Assembly (NCBI GenBank): GCA_051531975.1
Contig: JAOPTT010000012.1
Span: forward strand, 64,001-128,000
DNA from: Spirochaetaceae bacterium
Lineage (GTDB): Bacteria; Spirochaetota; Spirochaetia; DSM-2461
Direction of reading: 5' to 3'
Length of the DNA: 64,000 nucleotides
Of the stretch, positions 58,829 to 64,000 are shown in pieces. The notes under the pieces are model-generated. The model searched no databases, was not told the DNA's origin, and was given only the letters and a program-made list of their open reading frames with translations. The translations under genes were made by a program, and so were the position numbers. How positions within the stretch are numbered: the first letter of the stretch is position 1; each line of letters opens with the position of its first letter.

Positions 58829-59830
58829 ATGACTATTAACGAATCTGTATTTGGTAAAACATTAGCAGGCCAGCCTGTAAAACAGATAAGCATAAATAAT
58901 AACAGAGGTATTGAGATTACAGTAACCGACAGAGGTGCAACATTAATATCTGTCAAACTTAAAAACAGAAATGGTGATCTTGAAGAGTGTATTTTAGGTT
59001 TTGACACTGTAAAAGAATACGAAGAACATCTAGCTTTTTATGGTGCAACAATAGGTCGAGTAGGTAATAGAACTGCAAATGGTGAATTCACTCTAGATGG
59101 TATTAAATATAACCTTGCAAAAAATGATTCAGATGTTAATAACCTACATGGTGGGGTTAAAGGTTTTGATAAGGTAATTTGGAATTATTCTATAACTAAA
59201 GAGAGTGATCGAACCATTTTATCATTTAAATATTTAAGCCCAGATGCAGATGAGAACTTTCCTGGAAACCTAGATACTGAAGTTAAATATATTTTAACAG
59301 ATAATAATGAGTTAATTTTAGATTATACTGCAACAACAGATAAAAGAACTCCTGTTAATTTAACTAATCATGCCTATTGGAATTTAACTGGAAACAGTGG
59401 AAGTGTATTAGAGCATAACTTCCAAATAGAAGCAGATACATATTTACCAACCGATGAATTCCAGATTCCTACAGGGGAACTTAAAAGTGTTGAGGGTACA
59501 GGTTATGATTTTAGAACACTTAGACCTCTATCAGATGGTATTAAAATAACTGGAGGCTTTGATCATAACTTTAATCTTTCTATTAAGAAAAGAGATAAAC
59601 CAGTTAACAGAGTATATGTAGAGGAGCCAAATAGTGGACGATCTATGGAGATTAAAACAACAGAACCTGGTGTTCAGTTATACACGGGATTTGATGATCA
59701 TAAATTTTTCTGCTTAGAGACTCAAATGTTCCCTAATGCAATCAATAATAGTGACTTTGATTCTATAGTTTTATCTCCAGGTGAGACTTATAGACAGACT
59801 ACAATTCACAAATTTGATTTTAAGAAATAG
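58829..59830 (+). CDS. galM: Aldose 1-epimerase (mutarotase)
   Basis: GATIGRVGNR, LHGG, NLTNHAYWNL, QLYTG, CLETQ; ATG at 58829 after GGAG. Confidence 0.88.
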   Translation: MTINESVFGKTLAGQPVKQISINNNRGIEITVTDRGATLISVKLKNRNGDLEECILGFDTVKEYEEHLAFYGATIGRVGNRTANGEFTLDGIKYNLAKNDSDVNNLHGGVKGFDKVIWNYSITKESDRTILSFKYLSPDADENFPGNLDTEVKYILTDNNELILDYTATTDKRTPVNLTNHAYWNLTGNSGSVLEHNFQIEADTYLPTDEFQIPTGELKSVEGTGYDFRTLRPLSDGIKITGGFDHNFNLSIKKRDKPVNRVYVEEPNSGRSMEIKTTEPGVQLYTGFDDHKFFCLETQMFPNAINNSDFDSIVLSPGETYRQTTIHKFDFKK

Positions 59831-59839
59831 GAGTAATAT

Positions 59840-61021
59840 ATGGAAAACCGTGGAGTAATTTCAATAATAGGTAGACGATTAAGATTAGCAGTTATTGGTG
59901 GAGGTCCTGGTTCATTTATAGGTGGTATGCATAGAATGGCTGCCCGTTTAGATGACCAGTATGAAATTGTTGCAAGTGTATTATCATCTGACCCAGAAAG
60001 AGCAGTTTCTAGGGGTTTAGAGCTAGGTCTTTCTAAAGATCGAGCTTATTCAACTGTTGATCAATTAATAACAGAAGAAAGAAAAAGAGATGACCCTGCT
60101 GATGTTATAGCAATAATGACGCCTAACGATTCTCATTTTGAATATTCAATGAAAGCTTTAGATAATGGGTTTGATGTTATATGTGACAAACCAATGACAA
60201 ACACAGCAGAAGAAGCAAAAGAACTACAGAAAAAAGTTAAAGACACAGGTAGAGTTTTTTGTCTGACACATAACTATACTGGTTATCCTTTAACTAGGCA
60301 GGCAAAAGCTATGGTATCTGCTGGTGAACTTGGAACAATCCGTCTAGTTCAGGTCGAATATGTTCAGGGTGGAAATGCTGATGAGAATAAATCATTTCCT
60401 AAAACTGGTCCAAAATCTTGGAAAAATGATATCAAAAAAGGTGGACCATCTCTAGTTATGGGAGATATTGGAAGCCATGCGCATAATTTAATAAGATTTA
60501 TTACAGGGTTAGAGGTATCTGAAGTTTGTGCTGAAACTGGAGCTATAGTTCCGGGTAGGGAAGTTGATGACTTTGCTGGAGCACTTTTAAGATTAGAAAA
60601 TGGAGCAAGGGGAAGCTTTTGGGTTACTCAAGCTGCCGCTGGTGTAGAAAATAGTCTTAGAATTAGAGTGTGCGGAACATTAGGTTCTTTAGAGTGGTTA
60701 CAAGAGGTTCCTCAAATCTTAACATTTAAACCTCTTGGTGCACCTGTTCAGATAAGAACTCCAAATGGTCCTGGTACTTTACCACTTTCAAAACGATCCA
60801 GTAGAATAGTAGCTGGGCATCCAGAAGGTTTTCCTGAAGGCTTTGCTAATTTATATTCAGATGCTGCAGAAGTTATTGCATGTGGAATTGCTGGTAAAAA
60901 AGTTGATCCTCTTGCAATGTTTTTCCCTAATTCTACCGATGGCTTAGCTGGGGTATTATTTGTAGATGCTGTTATTAGATCTAGTAATAATAACAGTAGC
61001 TGGGAGAAAGTTTTTCTATAA
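59840..61021 (+). CDS. Gfo/Idh/MocA family oxidoreductase
   Basis: GGGPGSFIG, TPNDSH, CDKP, HNYTGYP, GDIGSH. Confidence 0.9.
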   Translation: MENRGVISIIGRRLRLAVIGGGPGSFIGGMHRMAARLDDQYEIVASVLSSDPERAVSRGLELGLSKDRAYSTVDQLITEERKRDDPADVIAIMTPNDSHFEYSMKALDNGFDVICDKPMTNTAEEAKELQKKVKDTGRVFCLTHNYTGYPLTRQAKAMVSAGELGTIRLVQVEYVQGGNADENKSFPKTGPKSWKNDIKKGGPSLVMGDIGSHAHNLIRFITGLEVSEVCAETGAIVPGREVDDFAGALLRLENGARGSFWVTQAAAGVENSLRIRVCGTLGSLEWLQEVPQILTFKPLGAPVQIRTPNGPGTLPLSKRSSRIVAGHPEGFPEGFANLYSDAAEVIACGIAGKKVDPLAMFFPNSTDGLAGVLFVDAVIRSSNNNSSWEKVFL

Positions 61022-61036
61022 AATAAAACACTTTAT

Positions 61037-61066
61037 AAAAGCTAAAGGAGTTTTCCTTTAGCTTTT
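61037..61066. terminator. Bidirectional terminator
   Basis: AAAAGCTAAAGGA-gttt-TCCTTTAGCTTTT between convergent genes. Confidence 0.85.
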
Positions 61067-61077
61067 CCCCTATATGC

Positions 61078-63207
61078 TTAGGATTCTGTTTTAAATCTAT
61101 TAACATTTTTATTTAAGTTTTCACCTGTCTCTTCTAACTGAAAAGATGTATCTTCTACTCGGGACATTGATTCTGAAATATCCTTTGTTCCATGTTCAAT
61201 CTCATCAATTGCATTTACAACATCTAATGTAATCTGTTTTGTACTATTTATAGAATTTATTACACCAATAGTCGCTTGTTTTATTGCCATGGATCTCTCT
61301 TTCACAATGCCTGAAACATTCTCAAGAGTTGTAATCGATTCTAAGATTTCCTGCCCACCAATCTGAAGCTCATTAGTGCTATTATCTATCTCTTCTAAAG
61401 CACCTACAATATCGTTTATCTCATTATTTACAAGGGTAAAACTCCCTTTTGTTTCTCTACTTAACTGATCTGCTAATACTATGGAAGCTTCTATGTTTTT
61501 AAGGGTATTAGTTATCTGATTAGAGTTATTATTAGAAGTCTCTGCAAGTTTTCTTATCTCATCTGCGACAACAGCAAATCCTTTCCCAGCATTACCTGCG
61601 TGTGCTGCCTCAATTGCTGCATTCATTGCTAATAAATTAGTCCTAGAAGCTATATCAGATATAATTTTTGCCATATCTTTAATACTCGTTAACTGATTAT
61701 TAACATCATTTACTGCTCTTTGAGTACTGTCTATTATTTGGGAACCGTGTTTTGCTTTTAACATCAACTCATTCGAAGATGTCTGTTTTGCAGTAGTAAC
61801 TTTAGATACATTATTTATTGATGATATCATCTGGGTTATTGCCACAGTAGATGTTCCTAACATTAAAGATTGATTCTCGATGGATTGGTTTAAATCTTCA
61901 ATATTTAAACTAATAGCTTCAATAGAATTAACTGAGCCAATAACGTTATCATTTAAGTATTTTGTTTGAGTATTTATACTATTTATATTTGTAGATATTT
62001 CATGAAGGGCAGATGAAGTCTCATCAATCCCAAATTTAATCTCATTTTTTATTGTAAGTGTTTTAGTTGCAGAGGTTTTTATTTCAATTATTAGATTCTG
62101 TAGTGTATCAATAAAACTATTAAAATTATTTACCATAGTTCCAATTTCACTTTTAGTTTTTAATTCTATTCTAGACGTTAAATCACCATCACCATGGGAT
62201 ATATCTTTTAGACTATTGCTAAATCTTAATAGTGGTACTGTTACATTATTTGACACTGAAAATATTATAAAAAATATTAGTAATATAATTATAATCCCAG
62301 ATATTAAAATGATTTTTGTAATCGAATCTACAGTAGAATAATATTCATCTAAATATCCTGATATACATATTACAAGATTAGAATTAGCCTCTTTAGTAAA
62401 TACACTAAATCTTTTCCTCACTCTACCATCTTCTTCAGTCCAATTATTTACATAATATCCATCGAGTTTATCTACAACTTCAGAAAAAACCTTTGTTCCA
62501 GAAGCATCCTCTAATTTTTTTATATTTACAAAAATTAAATTAGGATCTCTATTGGTTAAAATTAATCCAGCAGGTGTTAAAATGTAAGGAAAACCTGTTT
62601 CTCCTAGTGTCACACTATTAAGATTGTCACCAAGTTCTTTCATATCTATTGAAGCAACAAATTCTGACATATAAGTTGTTACACAAACATTAATATCTAG
62701 TTCTTTATTATAATACCTATATAAGATTTTTTTCTTATCCTGATATTCATAATTATAATAGACTTTTTCATGGGTTTTCTGCTCTATTATCCAATCAGCT
62801 GTAGATGCTTTTGTCCCTATTTTGCTTTTAGTTGGGTGACTTAAAATAATTCCCTTACTATCTGTAACAAAAATATAACCAGTTTTTAGAAATGTTACAG
62901 TATCAATTTCAGCCAAATGAGTAGTTAATGCTTCATCCTTTGTCATCTTACCATTTTTTACTTTAGTAGCATAAATTAATGTTTTATTATATTTCTCATC
63001 CCCTATACCAAGGAGGTAACTTCTTGCAGAGGTATTTAACAAAGTTGTAATCTGTTGTGTAATATTTTTTGATTGACTCTCTAATTGTATCGAGAGGTCT
63101 TCAGTAATTTTAGTAGTTGTAAGACTAATAATAAATGTAAATGTTACTGTCAAAAGCAACATTAGTGACCCACCAATAAATAGTAATAATTTTGATTTTA
63201 TTTTCAT
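61078..63207 (-). CDS. Methyl-accepting chemotaxis protein (Cache sensor, HAMP)
   Basis: Two TMs, HAMP GDGDLT...[38 protein letters not shown]; probable start MKIKSK at 63207. Confidence 0.93.
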   Translation of the reverse strand: MKIKSKLLLFIGGSLMLLLTVTFTFIISLTTTKITEDLSIQLESQSKNITQQITTLLNTSARSYLLGIGDEKYNKTLIYATKVKNGKMTKDEALTTHLAEIDTVTFLKTGYIFVTDSKGIILSHPTKSKIGTKASTADWIIEQKTHEKVYYNYEYQDKKKILYRYYNKELDINVCVTTYMSEFVASIDMKELGDNLNSVTLGETGFPYILTPAGLILTNRDPNLIFVNIKKLEDASGTKVFSEVVDKLDGYYVNNWTEEDGRVRKRFSVFTKEANSNLVICISGYLDEYYSTVDSITKIILISGIIIILLIFFIIFSVSNNVTVPLLRFSNSLKDISHGDGDLTSRIELKTKSEIGTMVNNFNSFIDTLQNLIIEIKTSATKTLTIKNEIKFGIDETSSALHEISTNINSINTQTKYLNDNVIGSVNSIEAISLNIEDLNQSIENQSLMLGTSTVAITQMISSINNVSKVTTAKQTSSNELMLKAKHGSQIIDSTQRAVNDVNNQLTSIKDMAKIISDIASRTNLLAMNAAIEAAHAGNAGKGFAVVADEIRKLAETSNNNSNQITNTLKNIEASIVLADQLSRETKGSFTLVNNEINDIVGALEEIDNSTNELQIGGQEILESITTLENVSGIVKERSMAIKQATIGVINSINSTKQITLDVVNAIDEIEHGTKDISESMSRVEDTSFQLEETGENLNKNVNRFKTES

Positions 63208-63257
63208 TTCATTATCAACCTTAATCTGATTTAATTTAAATCTTGCCATTTGAAATT

Positions 63258-63287
63258 AAAAAAAGCCCATATTTTGAAATATGGGCT
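63258..63287 (-). terminator. Terminator after the TRAP permease
   Basis: AGCCCATATTT-tg-AAATATGGGCT, with a T tract on the minus strand. Confidence 0.75.
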
Positions 63288-63306
63288 CTTTGAGAAACTG
63301 TTCAAT

Positions 63307-64000
63307 TTACATAAATTCTGGAGTTATTAATCTAGGTAAGAAAAGAGCAATATTTGGGATTAAACATATTAAAACTAGTATTAAAAACATAGGAATTAAA
63401 ATGATGATTACATCCTTTAATACGTTTTGAACTTTTTCTTCACCAATTCTTGCGGCAATTAAAAGGCACATTCCATAAGGAGGAGTAACTAAACCAAAAC
63501 CTAATGCAACTACCCCGATTATTGAGAAATGTATAGGGTGAATACCAGCTTGTAGTGCTATAGGGTATAAAACACCACCCATAATAATAATAGCAGGTAT
63601 AGCATCAATAAACAGACCAACAATTAAAAATACAAGCGCAATAATTAGAACTATACCAATTGGACCAATAGATAAACTATTAATTCCATCTACAAGTGCT
63701 TGTGGTATTTTATGATATGATAATAACCAACTAAAAGCTGAGGCTGTACCAACACAAAATAGAGATATACCTGTTAAACGTGCAGTATCACTTATAATTT
63801 TAGCTAATTTTTTAAAATTCAAAGATCTGTTAACAAAACCAAGACCCATCGTATATATAACTGCTATTGCTGAAGCTTCTGTTGGAGTAAACCAACCAAA
63901 AGTTATTCCACCTAAAATTATTAGAGGTGTCATTAAACCAGGAATTGCAACAAGAAATGATTTTACAAATTCTTTAAAGTTTGATTTGTCATAAACTGGA
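63307..64000 (-). CDS. dctM: TRAP transporter large permease (DctM), 5'-truncated by window edge
   Basis: PLIILGGI..GWFTPTEAS, IHPIHF, GLVTPPYGMCL; frame continues to the window end. Confidence 0.88.
   Translation of the reverse strand, partial: PVYDKSNFKEFVKSFLVAIPGLMTPLIILGGITFGWFTPTEASAIAVIYTMGLGFVNRSLNFKKLAKIISDTARLTGISLFCVGTASAFSWLLSYHKIPQALVDGINSLSIGPIGIVLIIALVFLIVGLFIDAIPAIIIMGGVLYPIALQAGIHPIHFSIIGVVALGFGLVTPPYGMCLLIAARIGEEKVQNVLKDVIIILIPMFLILVLICLIPNIALFLPRLITPEFM

Noticed and set aside
857..59007. Many short track ORFs nested in or antisense to long genes (e.g. 857, 1206, 6881, 8167, 9689, 13159, 21849, 22140, 30885, 37703, 39714, 53811, 58795)
   Set aside because: They lie within well-supported genes, have no motifs, and look like shadow frames of AT-rich coding DNA.
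1..64000. tRNA, rRNA, riboswitch, transposase, integrase, phage or defence genes
   Set aside because: None recognised by eye and intergenic gaps are mostly short; an Rfam or tRNAscan run would be needed to exclude small RNAs.

Overview
A very AT-rich, gene-dense bacterial chromosomal segment, most likely from a free-living spirochaete (inferred from the L28 insertion, the HATPase-like/HDOD protein and spirochaete-like lipoproteins). I saw no rRNA, tRNA, IS/prophage or CRISPR array. In order it holds: a 5'-truncated GH2 beta-galactosidase, a double-Cache hybrid kinase, flavodoxin, an M29 aminopeptidase, two tandem DUF1266-like/ankyrin lipoproteins, asnB and an Eis-like GNAT. Next is a ~17 kb signalling island: FHA, metallophosphatase, Ser/Thr kinase, hybrid HK, cheA-cheY-mcp-cheW-cheB, facing cheR, an MCP-like gene, HDOD and a diguanylate cyclase. 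After that come an AlaA-like aminotransferase, MoxR/DUF58, LemA-TPM-TPM, an aldo-keto reductase with AraC, MATE, a PHP/NimA-like fusion, yjjG, pyrK/pyrD, a DtxR regulator, rpmB, miaB, mtaB, amt with P-II, galM, an oxidoreductase, an MCP and a partial TRAP permease. The best signals the ORF track misses are: (1) a probably leaderless leader-peptide attenuator, possibly alanine-sensing, before the aminotransferase; (2) a phosphatase that appears to need a non-canonical AUU start; (3) an MshEN-like c-di-GMP motif inside CheA and a CheZ-like motif in a degenerate MCP; (4) a uORF/alternative-hairpin leader on the Eis-like acetyltransferase; (5) a synonymous duplication of the yjjG 3' end. All family calls come from motif recognition by eye; no searches were run.
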